Shown here: piece after piece, positions 36,415 to 45,163 of the stretch | Numbering within the stretch: position 1 is the first letter of the stretch | Layout: each line of letters begins with the position of its first letter | Assembly (NCBI GenBank): GCA_963664295.1 | Contig: OY760935.1 | Span: 96,001-160,000, forward strand | Direction of reading: 5' to 3' | DNA: 64,000 nucleotides | From: Candidatus Altimarinota bacterium | Lineage (GTDB): Bacteria > Patescibacteriota > Gracilibacteria > CAIRYL01 > GCA-016699755 | Notes under the pieces: generated by a model | What the model saw: the letters and a program-made list of their open reading frames with translations, nothing else | Databases searched by the model: none | Told to the model about the DNA's origin: nothing | Made by a program: the position numbers and the translations under genes

Positions 36415-36849
36415 TTATTCACTAAGCTCAACTTTTTCAAGCCAAGACAAAGGCAAAGACATAACACAATCTTCCTCTTGATCTAGTGGTTTTAAGACAG
36501 CATTAACACTAGAAGAAAAATTTTGCGTATATGTTGCTAAAATTGTTTTTAAATTAGTAATTATATGAATTTTCCCTTCTAGTAAGTCTTGAAGTTGTGT
36601 AATAATTTTTAAAGTTTCATCTCTTGATTGAATATTTGTTTGTAGGCTATTTTGCACTAAGTCATCTGAATTTTGTCGACGACCCATGTTTTCGAGTTCT
36701 TCTAGGAATTCTAATGTTTTATTAAGCCTTTTTCTTAATTCTTCAACTTCTTGCTTAATAAAATGTTTGCCTTCTTCATTAGCCAAACAAACTTTGTCAC
36801 CAATTTGTAACTTGCTAGATTTTTCTTGAGGATGATCTATTTTTTGCAT
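36415..36849 (-). CDS. Hypothetical protein with coiled coil
   Basis: 144-aa ORF; LQIGDKV.L at the N-terminus and LP..WLEKV at the C-terminus flank a heptad-rich segment. Confidence 0.65.
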   Translation of the reverse strand: MQKIDHPQEKSSKLQIGDKVCLANEEGKHFIKQEVEELRKRLNKTLEFLEELENMGRRQNSDDLVQNSLQTNIQSRDETLKIITQLQDLLEGKIHIITNLKTILATYTQNFSSSVNAVLKPLDQEEDCVMSLPLSWLEKVELSE

Positions 36850-36902
36850 TTTTTAGCTTAAAAAGTATATAATCATGCTAAAATTTATTAAATTTGTCAA
36901 AT

Positions 36903-37508
36903 TTAAAATACAAAAAGCATATTTAAGCTACTATAAGTAGCCTTAATAGCGAAAACAATTAAAAGTAAAGCAAAAAACTTAAAAACATAAGGTACAAATT
37001 TTTCCTTAGTAAGCAAAGGGCGAAATCGAGCAAAAACAAAAGCCCAAAATAAATTTGCCAAAAGCCAACCGAGCTGAAAGAAAAACAAAAAAATTAAATA
37101 ACCAAAAGTATATTTTTCAGTGAGCAAAAAAGCCTGCGGAACACCAACAGTAAGCCAAAAAATCCACAAAGGACCATTAAAAACAGTAATTAAAATAATT
37201 TTATTAAGAGTAAAAATACTTTTTTGATTATTTTCAATTTTTTTAATTCGCCAAACCTGACTAGCCAGCCAAACAAGAACAGCCGAACCAGCAAGAGAAA
37301 GTAAATAAAAAAACTCAGCAGGTATATTTAAGTTAAAAATCACAGCAAAAATACCAAAAGCCAAAACACTTTCAGTAAGCATAGCAATAAAAATAATACG
37401 CAAGCTTTTTTTAAAGCCACCTGCCAAAACTTCTGTAAAAACAGAAGTTAAAATAGGGCCAGGAATAGACCCGCCAACAATGCCTAGTCCAACAGGAGTT
37501 AAAATCAT
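36903..37508 (-). CDS. LysE/RhtB-family translocator
   Basis: IPGP near the N-terminus, G...LVWLA and N.P.WIFWLTVG motifs; about 6 TM segments. Confidence 0.82.
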   Translation of the reverse strand: MILTPVGLGIVGGSIPGPILTSVFTEVLAGGFKKSLRIIFIAMLTESVLAFGIFAVIFNLNIPAEFFYLLSLAGSAVLVWLASQVWRIKKIENNQKSIFTLNKIILITVFNGPLWIFWLTVGVPQAFLLTEKYTFGYLIFLFFFQLGWLLANLFWAFVFARFRPLLTKEKFVPYVFKFFALLLIVFAIKATYSSLNMLFVF

Positions 37509-37553
37509 AAAATTATTCTAACAATTTTATTGTAGTTTACATAAAAATTTTAC

Positions 37554-37603
37554 TTGACATTTATGTTATATATATCTAACATAATGTTAGATTTAATTAA
37601 CAT
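37554..37603 (+). promoter_or_regulatory. Promoter with two tandem ATGTTA-N8-TAACAT operators
   Basis: TTGACA-N17-TAACAT; palindromes at 37563-37582 and 37584-37603 upstream of the DUF2178-XRE operon. Confidence 0.75.
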
Positions 37604-37606
37604 AAT

Positions 37607-37996
37607 ATGAAAAAATTATCACAAAGAAAATATATACTTTATAGACTATTACTTATAATAACTCTTAGTGTAACAGTTGGTGCGTTTGTTTCTGTTGGGA
37701 ATTATATAATTCCCTTAGTTTCTTTCTGTGTAGTTATGTTGGCCATGTGGAGACTGAAAAAGAACACAGCAATACAATTCACGGACGAACGAGTGGAAAA
37801 AATCGGAGGTATAGCCGCAAGATACACATTATCTATCTTGCTTTTGTTTTTAGTTTTTATAGGTATTCCTTTAATTGCTTTAGGGAAAAATAGTCCAACT
37901 TTTTATTTTGTGGGCAATTTGGTAAATTTTATCGCAATGGGATCCTTGCTTTGTTACGCATTTATTTTTCATTTTTTAAATAAAAAAGGAGAATGA
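37607..37996 (+). CDS. DUF2178-like membrane protein
   Basis: Four TM segments with central DER..KI...AA..T motif; ATGA overlap with the XRE gene. Confidence 0.8.
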   Translation: MKKLSQRKYILYRLLLIITLSVTVGAFVSVGNYIIPLVSFCVVMLAMWRLKKNTAIQFTDERVEKIGGIAARYTLSILLLFLVFIGIPLIALGKNSPTFYFVGNLVNFIAMGSLLCYAFIFHFLNKKGE

Positions 37997-38187
37997 AAAC
38001 CAAGCTTAGAGAATATCGTGTGCAAAAAAATCTCACCCAAGCAGAATTAGCAGAAGCTATTGGCGTACGACGAGAAACCATTGTTTTTTTAGAGCAAGGA
38101 AAATATAACCCTTCTTTACGTCTTGCATATGATCTTGCAAAATTTTTTAATGTAGCAATAGAAGATTTATTCCAATTTGGAGATTAA
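37993..38187 (+). CDS. XRE-family (Cro/CI-type HTH) transcriptional regulator
   Basis: [35 protein letters not shown]....EDLF. Confidence 0.95.
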   Translation: MKTKLREYRVQKNLTQAELAEAIGVRRETIVFLEQGKYNPSLRLAYDLAKFFNVAIEDLFQFGD

Positions 38188-38192
38188 ATAAC

Positions 38193-38567
38193 TTATTCCA
38201 AAATAACTTTTTTAGACAAGTTTTTAAGTTGCAGTTTGTATTCACCTTTTTTTAGATTACAGATTTTGCCTTTTAATCCATGCATTCCTAGGCTATCCAT
38301 GCAGTCAGTTGGATTTTTAATTTTAATTTTTATTAAATTATCACTAAATTCCGCGTCATATTCATAAGTACAATTTTGTTCCTGCCTGTTTATTTCAAAA
38401 ACAATACAATTTTCTTCTATAGAAGTATTAAAAAAAGTTTCATTATTATCAAAATGTGCAAACTCATATTCAAAACTAGGAGTTTTTGATTTTTTAGTTA
38501 TTTTTGTGCCTCCTCCACAGGCTGATAAAAACAATACTAGTGTTAGTAAAATAATTTTTTTATGCAT
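38193..38567 (-). CDS. Putative lipoprotein
   Basis: Start at MHKKIILLTLVLFLSA-C (lipobox); four further Cys; beta-rich sequence. Confidence 0.72.
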   Translation of the reverse strand: MHKKIILLTLVLFLSACGGGTKITKKSKTPSFEYEFAHFDNNETFFNTSIEENCIVFEINRQEQNCTYEYDAEFSDNLIKIKIKNPTDCMDSLGMHGLKGKICNLKKGEYKLQLKNLSKKVILE

Positions 38568-38583
38568 GAGCTTTAAAAATATA

Positions 38584-38988
38584 TTATTTGAATAATTTTT
38601 TCGTTTGTGTTGAAAAATCTGCAAAGTCAAAAGTGACAACAGCTATCCAAAAAAGCGCTAAAGATAGCCTAAAAACAAAAACATTACCGATCATTAAAAC
38701 AAGAAGTATATCGAGTATAATAAACAACATTCCAACCACAAGCATTGAGAAAAAAGTAGTCACATGACCCCACCACAAAGATTGCTTGTCTATTATGTTT
38801 TTATAACTATAAATAAAATTCGATGTGATTGGTGCTATGACAATTAAGCCCACAAACAATAAAAGAGTATCCAGTCTTTCAGTTGGCATTTTTGACACCT
38901 CTTTTGCAGTAATAAGGTAAAACAAAATCAGTAAAACATGTATCAAAATATTTTTTATTACTATATTTTTAATGCTTATTTTTTCCAT
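38584..38988 (-). CDS. Hypothetical four-TM membrane protein
   Basis: 134 aa with four hydrophobic segments. Confidence 0.7.
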   Translation of the reverse strand: MEKISIKNIVIKNILIHVLLILFYLITAKEVSKMPTERLDTLLLFVGLIVIAPITSNFIYSYKNIIDKQSLWWGHVTTFFSMLVVGMLFIILDILLVLMIGNVFVFRLSLALFWIAVVTFDFADFSTQTKKLFK

Positions 38989-39052
38989 TTATTGCAAAAA
39001 CTTGATATTAAAACTATATCAGGGGTTTCGAGAGTGGACAAGGGGGGGATAA

Positions 39053-39334
39053 TTATTGATATGTTTTAATAAACTCATTTATTTTATATGATTCTATATT
39101 GGCTTTTTTTGCAACTTTATATTGCTGGTTGTCTTCAGTAAGAAGTATGCCTTTTTCTTGATGAGCTAAACAGACATAAATATAATCAGGTGGCTTTAGG
39201 TAGTCAATTTTGCTTTTTAAGCTATTTATCCAAAAAGCTTCATCTATTGAAAAAAATTTAGGCTCTAGGGCATTTTGTTTGGTTATATTTTGATTTAGGT
39301 TAAATATATTATTTACAAATAATTTCCCCTCCAC
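39053..39334 (-). pseudogene. 5'-truncated PIN-domain (VapC-like) gene remnant
   Basis: C-terminal PIN motif D.IYVCLA..EKGILLTED.Q...AK is present, but the N-terminal xxDT/SxV motif is missing. The 5' end runs into the tRNA-Lys repeat array. Confidence 0.6.
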
Positions 39335-40189
39335 TCCGCGCCCTCGTTATTCACTAGGTCGCTCCGCTCTGGGTCGTAATTCTCGCTAAGCACTTGGCGG
39401 GTGAGGTGGGGATCGAGTTTTTTGTTTCGGGTTTTGCTTCGCAAAAGCCCTCCACTGCAGACCGCACCCACGGGCTAATTAGATGGGCTCCCAACTCATA
39501 ATTAAAAACAATTTAAATACAACAAATAGCGAACGCTAGTGAGCGAGAGGGGTGAATTGGGCGGGCGTGTACCGCCCAAGAGGGGCGACGCTAGCCCCTT
39601 ATAATTGGCGGGTGAGGTGGGGATCGAGTTTTTTGTTTCGGGTTTTGCTTCGCAAAAGCCCTCCACTGCAGACCGCACCCACGGGCTAATTAGATGGCCG
39701 TGTGCTCGCTCCCAACTCAAAAAATATTTTCCAGCCAGCTTTGCTGACTAAAAAATATTTGGCGGGTGAGGTGGGGATCGAACCCACGGCCAATGGCTTA
39801 AGAGGCCACTGCTCTTAATTTATACCCAGCACAGCCCTAACGGGCTGTCCCGAGCTGGATATAATCCAGCTCTTACCTACGCCTCGCATCTGCTTGGTCG
39901 GTACATGCCCGCCCAAGCAGATGCTCGCGATCGCACCTTACGGTGCTCGGTAGAGCAGTGTCCTTAAGTTATCAGCCGAAGACTTAAATCCATTCACATT
40001 AAAAACCATTCCTGCTTTGCAGGACTGCTTTTTAATGGCGGGTGAGGTGGGGATCGAGTCTTTTGTTTCGGGTTTTGCTTCGCAAAAGCCCTCCACTGCA
40101 GACCGCACCCACGGGCTAATTAGATGGCCGTGTGCTCGCTCCCAACTCAAAAAATATTTTCCAGCCAGCTTTGCTGACTAAAAAATATT
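39330..40189 (-). repeat. Complex array downstream of tRNA-Lys with four extra copies of the tRNA 3' end
   Basis: TGGCGGGTGAGGTGGGGATCGA at 39395, 39606, 39760 and 40036 (gene at 40190). A 154-bp unit is repeated, and 39606-39815 is duplicated at 40036-40245. Confidence 0.95.
39760..39815 (-). pseudogene. 5'-truncated tRNA-Lys(CTT) copy
   Basis: Identical to the 3' 56 nt of the tRNA at 40190 (anticodon arm, T arm, CCA) but lacking the 5' 19 nt. Confidence 0.85.
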
Positions 40190-40264
40190 TGGCGGGTGAG
40201 GTGGGGATCGAACCCACGGCCAATGGCTTAAGAGGCCACTGCTCTACCACTGAGCTACTCACCC
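40190..40264 (-). tRNA. tRNA-Lys(CTT)
   Basis: Reverse complement GGGTGAGTAGCTCAGTGGTAGAGCAGTGGCCTCTTAAGCCATTGGCCGTGGGTTCGATCCCCACCTCACCCGCCA; anticodon CTT. Confidence 0.98.
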
Positions 40265-40324
40265 AAGAGTAAAAAGACGAATTTTATTTTACCTTAATTC
40301 ATTTTTTTGTGTAGTATTTTTTTT

Positions 40325-41782
40325 GTGAATAGAAAAAAATTAATAATTTTGGCGCTTTTGAGTTTTATTTTTGGTGTTGGTGTAGCAGAAACCATGCTTT
40401 TATTTGCGCTTAATCCATATTACGCACTTATTTTTGCATTTTTGCCACTAGTTAATCCTAAAAAATTTGCTTTTTTGAGTATTTTTATTGCTTTGGGTGT
40501 TTTGCGCTCTGTGGTTTCTGTTCCAGATATCACCCCGGATCAAATTGCATACTATGCGCAATCCCATGAGCAAGCGGAAAAAGTAAATTTTATTGGCACT
40601 GTAATTGAACAGCCAGAAAAGCGCCCAGGCAAAACTCGCTTAATTATTGAAGCGGAAAAACTGGGAGACAAAGAGGTGAATGGCAAGGTTGTGGTTAATG
40701 TTTTGCAACTTCCAGAGTTTGAATATGGCGACAAGATCAGGTTTTATGGAAAATTAGAAATACCGCCTGAATTTGAGGATTTTTCTTACAAAAATTATTT
40801 GGCAAAGGATAAAATTTTTGTTTATTCGCCTTGGTCTAGTGCTGATCTTGTTTCTAAAAATAATGGCAATTTTGTGCAAGGTTTTCTGTATAAAATTAGG
40901 TCGAGCTTGGAAAACAATATTGAAAAAATTATTCCTAGGCCAGAGTCTGGTTTTGCGCAGGGGATTTTGTTTGGCACTTGTAGTAATATTTCCGAGCAAA
41001 CTATGGAGGATTTTAACAGGACTGGCTTGACGCATCTGCTTGCGCTTTCTGGTTTTAATATTACGATTATTATCATCGCACTTTTTTGGGTGCTTAAGTT
41101 TTTGCCAAAAAAATATGCTTTGGTGATTACTATTTTTGCTGTGATTGCTTTTGTTTTGATGACTGGTGCTTCGGCCAGTGTTGTACGGGCATCGATCATG
41201 GGTCTTGCTGGGCTTTTGGCCTTGCATTCTGGTCGGGAAATTGGTTCTTATTTTGCGCTTGTTTTTGCGAGTTTTTTGATGGTGCTTTGGAATTCAAAAA
41301 CTCTACTTTTTGATGTTTCTTTTCAGCTTTCTGTGGCTGGTGTTTTGGGGATTATTATTTTTGTGCCTGTTTTAGAAAAATCGCAATTTTTTAAAAAATT
41401 GCCTGAAACTCTGGGTTTTAAGCATGCTATTAGTGCAACTTTGGGTGCGCAAATTGCTGTTGCTCCGCTTTCAATTTTTTATTTTGAAACTTTTTCTCTT
41501 GTTGCTCCTTTGGCAAATCCTCTGATTGCTCCGCTTATTCCTTTGGCCATGTTGCTTGCTTTTGTGACTGCTTTATTGGCTTATTTTTCTACTTTTTTAG
41601 CCACTGTTGCTGGCTTTATTGCTTATTTTGTTTTGAAACTTGGTCTTTTGGTTGCTGATTTTTTTGCTGATTTTTCTTTTGCGCAAGTTGAGATTAAAAG
41701 TTCTTTTATTTTGCTGTTCTTTTGGCTGTTTTTGGCTGTTTTAGTCTTTTTTGCTTTCCGCAAATACCCGCAAAGGTTGTAA
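40325..41782 (+). CDS. comEC: ComEC/Rec2 competence protein (DUF4131 + Competence domain, no beta-lactamase domain)
   Basis: TGLTHLLALSGFNI, GASASVVRASIM and DVSFQLS motifs. GTG at 40325 preferred as start. Confidence 0.93.
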   Translation: MNRKKLIILALLSFIFGVGVAETMLLFALNPYYALIFAFLPLVNPKKFAFLSIFIALGVLRSVVSVPDITPDQIAYYAQSHEQAEKVNFIGTVIEQPEKRPGKTRLIIEAEKLGDKEVNGKVVVNVLQLPEFEYGDKIRFYGKLEIPPEFEDFSYKNYLAKDKIFVYSPWSSADLVSKNNGNFVQGFLYKIRSSLENNIEKIIPRPESGFAQGILFGTCSNISEQTMEDFNRTGLTHLLALSGFNITIIIIALFWVLKFLPKKYALVITIFAVIAFVLMTGASASVVRASIMGLAGLLALHSGREIGSYFALVFASFLMVLWNSKTLLFDVSFQLSVAGVLGIIIFVPVLEKSQFFKKLPETLGFKHAISATLGAQIAVAPLSIFYFETFSLVAPLANPLIAPLIPLAMLLAFVTALLAYFSTFLATVAGFIAYFVLKLGLLVADFFADFSFAQVEIKSSFILLFFWLFLAVLVFFAFRKYPQRL

Positions 41783-42595
41783 AAAGCCATTTTTAATTTC
41801 GCCAACACAGACAATTTCGTTGTCCAAAAATACACTTCTGAGTCCGCCTCCTTGGGTGGGAATTTTTTTTCCTTGTCTTAGGGCTTCTGCTTCTTTTTGG
41901 TTTATTTTTATGCTTGGAAAATTAAAATGTTCTGGTGAAAGGGGGATTATATTTTTTTCTGTTATTTTTTCAGGATCTACTGATTTACTGATTGAAAAAT
42001 TGCCTATTTTTTCTCGAAATAAACTTTTGCAATAAGCACCTGTTTCCAGGGTTTTTCCTAGATCGCGGGCAAGTGAGCGCACATAAAACCCACTTCCGGA
42101 GTGGATTTTAATAAGTAATAACGGATATTTATAATCAATTATTTCTAAGTTTATTATTTCTACTGTTTTTGGTTTTATTTCTATTTTTTCTCCTGCTCGC
42201 ATACGATCGCAGGCTCTTTTGCCTTGAATTTTTACTGCGGAATAGCGTGGAGGAGTTTGTAATATTCTTCCTTGAAATTGCTGGAGAGCAATTTTTATTT
42301 CTTCTAATTCTGGTTTTTTATCGGATTTTTTGCTGACTTCCCCGTCTATGTCATGTGTATCGGAAGTTGATCCTAGCTCTATTTCTGCAATATATATTTT
42401 GTCTTCTTTGCTTAGCCAGTTTAGTGCTTTTGTTCCTTCGTTTATTCCCAAAACCAAGAGCCCCTCTGCAAAAGGATCAAGCGTGCCAGCATGGCCCACT
42501 TTTTTTGTGTTTAATGCTTTTTTTGCCATGCGCACAACATCAAACGAGCTTACGCCTTGAGGTTTTTTTGCGAGTAAAATTCCACCATTTTTCAT
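41741..42595 (-). CDS. truB: tRNA pseudouridine(55) synthase
   Basis: KP.GVSSFDVV, KVGHAGTLDPFAEGLL, QTPPRYSAVK and SG.YVRSLARDLG motifs. Start MKNGG at 42595. Confidence 0.97.
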   Translation of the reverse strand: MKNGGILLAKKPQGVSSFDVVRMAKKALNTKKVGHAGTLDPFAEGLLVLGINEGTKALNWLSKEDKIYIAEIELGSTSDTHDIDGEVSKKSDKKPELEEIKIALQQFQGRILQTPPRYSAVKIQGKRACDRMRAGEKIEIKPKTVEIINLEIIDYKYPLLLIKIHSGSGFYVRSLARDLGKTLETGAYCKSLFREKIGNFSISKSVDPEKITEKNIIPLSPEHFNFPSIKINQKEAEALRQGKKIPTQGGGLRSVFLDNEIVCVGEIKNGFLQPLRVFAESKKD

Positions 42596-43472
42596 GATTT
42601 TGAGTAGTAAAATAAACACCAATAAAAATTATAATAAATCCAACTATTTGCTCTATTGTTGGTATTTCTTGCAGAAAAATAAAAGCCAAAAAAATACTAA
42701 AAGCAGGATATGAAGCACCAAGTACAAGTGCTTTTGAGACATCAATTCGCTTAATTGCTTCCATGAAAAGTATTTTTGATAAACCAAAAGCAACTATTCC
42801 GTTTGTTAGTATTAAAAAAATATTATTTTGACTAAAGGTTGTGTGAATATTTATTTTTTCTGTAAATAAACTAGCTGTAATTAAAATAATTCCACCAATT
42901 AAATTCCTAAAACAAACATGTGAAACTGAAGAGATTAATTTTATTGCTTTTTGTTGAAAAAAATTACCAAAAGGGGCAAAACAACACGCTAAAACAATAA
43001 TCCAATCCCAGACATTAAATAAACCTGAGAAGTTTTTAAGTAAAATCAATAAAACACCTGTTAAAACCAATATTGCACCAATTATTCTGTTTTTTGTGAT
43101 TTTCTCAAAACCAAGAAGACCAAAAAATAAAAAAGTAAAAAGAACCTCACTTTGTCCAAGGATAGACATATTTCCTGGACTGGTTTTTTGACCAGCAATA
43201 AAAATTAAAGGAAAAACAACAAGAACAATAAAAAAAGTAGCACTAAGCATATAGGGGAGTGCTTTTTTATTTATAAAATCTTTTATTTTTCCTCGTAGAA
43301 TTACAAAAAATAATAAAAATAATCCTGCTATGATTAAACTAGTTCCTGCAAAAAACAAAGGAGGTAAAATATTATTAGAAGTATTTATAAGCAAGGGAAA
43401 AATAGCCCAAGTAAGAACTTCGAAAAACATTATTATTTCTCCTTCTCTTTCTTTGTTTAGCTTAGTTGTCAA
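42540..43472 (-). CDS. DMT/EamA family transporter
   Basis: Ten TM segments in two EamA-like halves (EKITKNRIIG..L...G; LQEIPT..QIVG..II..GV). Overlaps the truB start. Confidence 0.88.
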   Translation of the reverse strand: MTTKLNKEREGEIIMFFEVLTWAIFPLLINTSNNILPPLFFAGTSLIIAGLFLLFFVILRGKIKDFINKKALPYMLSATFFIVLVVFPLIFIAGQKTSPGNMSILGQSEVLFTFLFFGLLGFEKITKNRIIGAILVLTGVLLILLKNFSGLFNVWDWIIVLACCFAPFGNFFQQKAIKLISSVSHVCFRNLIGGIILITASLFTEKINIHTTFSQNNIFLILTNGIVAFGLSKILFMEAIKRIDVSKALVLGASYPAFSIFLAFIFLQEIPTIEQIVGFIIIFIGVYFTTQNHEKWWNFTRKKTSRRKLV

Positions 43473-44781
43473 CTTTCTTTTTTAATAAGTCTAATTTTCC
43501 TTGAATTGATCCTTGAAAAATGTTGGCAATAACTGCTTTGTCGTTCCATGTTTCTTCTTTTCCTCTCATATTTCTGGTTTCCAACGCGCCCATGCCAGAA
43601 ACAATTACAGTATCATTAGGGCCAGCAATCTGCAGAGCGGATTCTATTGCTATTTTGCGATCAGGAATTTCAAAAAAAGTGTCATCTTCTCTGTCATTCA
43701 GATTTTTTTCTTTGAATATACCTGCCTTAATTTCATCTCGAATTTGGTAAGGATCCTCGGTATATGTTTCATCATCAGTCAATATGATAATATCTGCATA
43801 TTTTGAGGCAATTTCTCCTATTATTGGTCTTTTTTCTTTGTCGTGATCGCCAGCGCAACCAAAAACAGAAATAAGTTTTCCGCCTGTGCGTTGGTTTAAA
43901 TAACTCAAAACTTCTTTAAAAGCTTTTGGTGTTAGTGCAAAATCAATAAAAATTTGAAAATCTTGCCCAAAATCAATGTTTTCTAGTCGTCCTGGTACTT
44001 TATTAAAACTACTTAAGGCTTGGGCGGTAGTACCTTTAAGTACTCCAATGCTTGCACAGGCGGAAATTCCAGCCAAAGCATTTTCTGCATTGAAATAACC
44101 AAAAATTGGAATAAAAAATTCTTTATCTTCAAGTGTAAATTTAATACCATTTTCTTGATCTTGAAAATTGGCTCCTTGATAATATGCAGAGTTTTTAAAT
44201 GAATAAGTTTTTACTTTTATATTTTTAGTTTCAAGTTCATTTTTCCAATCACTAACAAAAGGCTCATCAGCATTCAAGATTGCAGTTCCACCTTTGTTCA
44301 AATATTTTGTGAACAATAGTTTTTTGGCTTTAATAAGACCTTCCATGCTTTTGTGGTAGTCTAGGTGTTCATGGGAAATATTAGTAAGCACAGCAATATC
44401 AAAATCAATTCCAAAAACTCTTTTTTGACTAAGAGCATGGGAAGAAACTTCAATTACCACGCTATCATAACCATCTTTAACGCACTGGCGTAAAAATTTT
44501 TGCATGACAAATGGCGAAACAGTAGTTCTTTTGGTTGTGTTTTGCCAAGAATTATCTCCTCGCGAAAAACTAACGCTAGATATTTTAGCAACTTTTCTGC
44601 CTGAAAATTTTAGAATATGAAAAATCATTTCTGTTGTAGTTGTTTTTCCATCTGTGCCAGTCACACCCACTACAGTTATTTTTTTTGCAGGAAAACCATA
44701 AGCAAAAGCACCAATAATCGCCTTTAGGGCTGAATACCATCTACGGAGAAAAAAGTTATCAGGAAGAAGTTTTCTAATCAT
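43462..44781 (-). CDS. murE: UDP-N-acetylmuramoyl-L-alanyl-D-glutamate--amino acid ligase (MurE, N-terminal domain absent)
   Basis: VGVTGTDGKTTT, EVSSHALSQ.RV, TNISHEHLDYH, VPGRLE and VFGCAGD.D..KRP motifs. Confidence 0.9.
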   Translation of the reverse strand: MIRKLLPDNFFLRRWYSALKAIIGAFAYGFPAKKITVVGVTGTDGKTTTTEMIFHILKFSGRKVAKISSVSFSRGDNSWQNTTKRTTVSPFVMQKFLRQCVKDGYDSVVIEVSSHALSQKRVFGIDFDIAVLTNISHEHLDYHKSMEGLIKAKKLLFTKYLNKGGTAILNADEPFVSDWKNELETKNIKVKTYSFKNSAYYQGANFQDQENGIKFTLEDKEFFIPIFGYFNAENALAGISACASIGVLKGTTAQALSSFNKVPGRLENIDFGQDFQIFIDFALTPKAFKEVLSYLNQRTGGKLISVFGCAGDHDKEKRPIIGEIASKYADIIILTDDETYTEDPYQIRDEIKAGIFKEKNLNDREDDTFFEIPDRKIAIESALQIAGPNDTVIVSGMGALETRNMRGKEETWNDKAVIANIFQGSIQGKLDLLKKKVDN

Positions 44782-44800
44782 ATTGTTTTGAAAAACATTT

Positions 44801-45163
44801 TTATTCTTTCATGTTTTTGGCTTGTTCACAATCTTTTTCAATTGCTTTTATTAAGTCTTTGATGCTTTTGAATTTTTGTATTTCTCTAATTTTTGTGCCA
44901 ACAAGAAGATTTACAACAGTGTTTTTGTTTATTTCTTGATTAAAGTCAAAAAGATGAATTTCATAAGTTTTTTTCTTGTTTCCAAAAGTTTTACTAGTGC
45001 CAACAAAAACAACTCCTTGATGAGTTTTATTGCTTATTTCAAGTGCTCCTTTAAAAACACCTGTTATTTTTAATTCTTTTTCTAATTTTAAATTTATTGT
45101 TGGAAAACCGATTTTTTTACCTCTGCCTTTTCCTGTAATTGTTTTTGCGGAGTATTTTTTCAT
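44801..45163 (-). CDS. Stand-alone riboflavin kinase (C-terminal RibF domain)
   Basis: GKGRGKKIGFPTINL, EIHLFDF and IR..QKF....L...I..D motifs; no FAD synthetase domain. Confidence 0.88.
   Translation of the reverse strand: MKKYSAKTITGKGRGKKIGFPTINLKLEKELKITGVFKGALEISNKTHQGVVFVGTSKTFGNKKKTYEIHLFDFNQEINKNTVVNLLVGTKIREIQKFKSIKDLIKAIEKDCEQAKNMKE

Noticed and set aside
39760-39815. Second functional or intron-split tRNA-Lys
   Set aside because: The 5' acceptor strand and most of the D arm are missing, and I found no matching 5' piece in the correct orientation within the unit.
39502-40150. Duplicated 70-72 aa ORFs (MSWERAHGHL...)
   Set aside because: They lie within the GC-rich tRNA-Lys repeat units and run through the tRNA 3' copies; their similarity reflects the DNA repeat.
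22960-40264. Prophage or genomic island bounded by tRNA att sites
   Set aside because: The duplicated tRNA ends are only about 150-280 bp apart, no integrase or phage genes are present, and the intervening genes are ordinary chromosomal ones.
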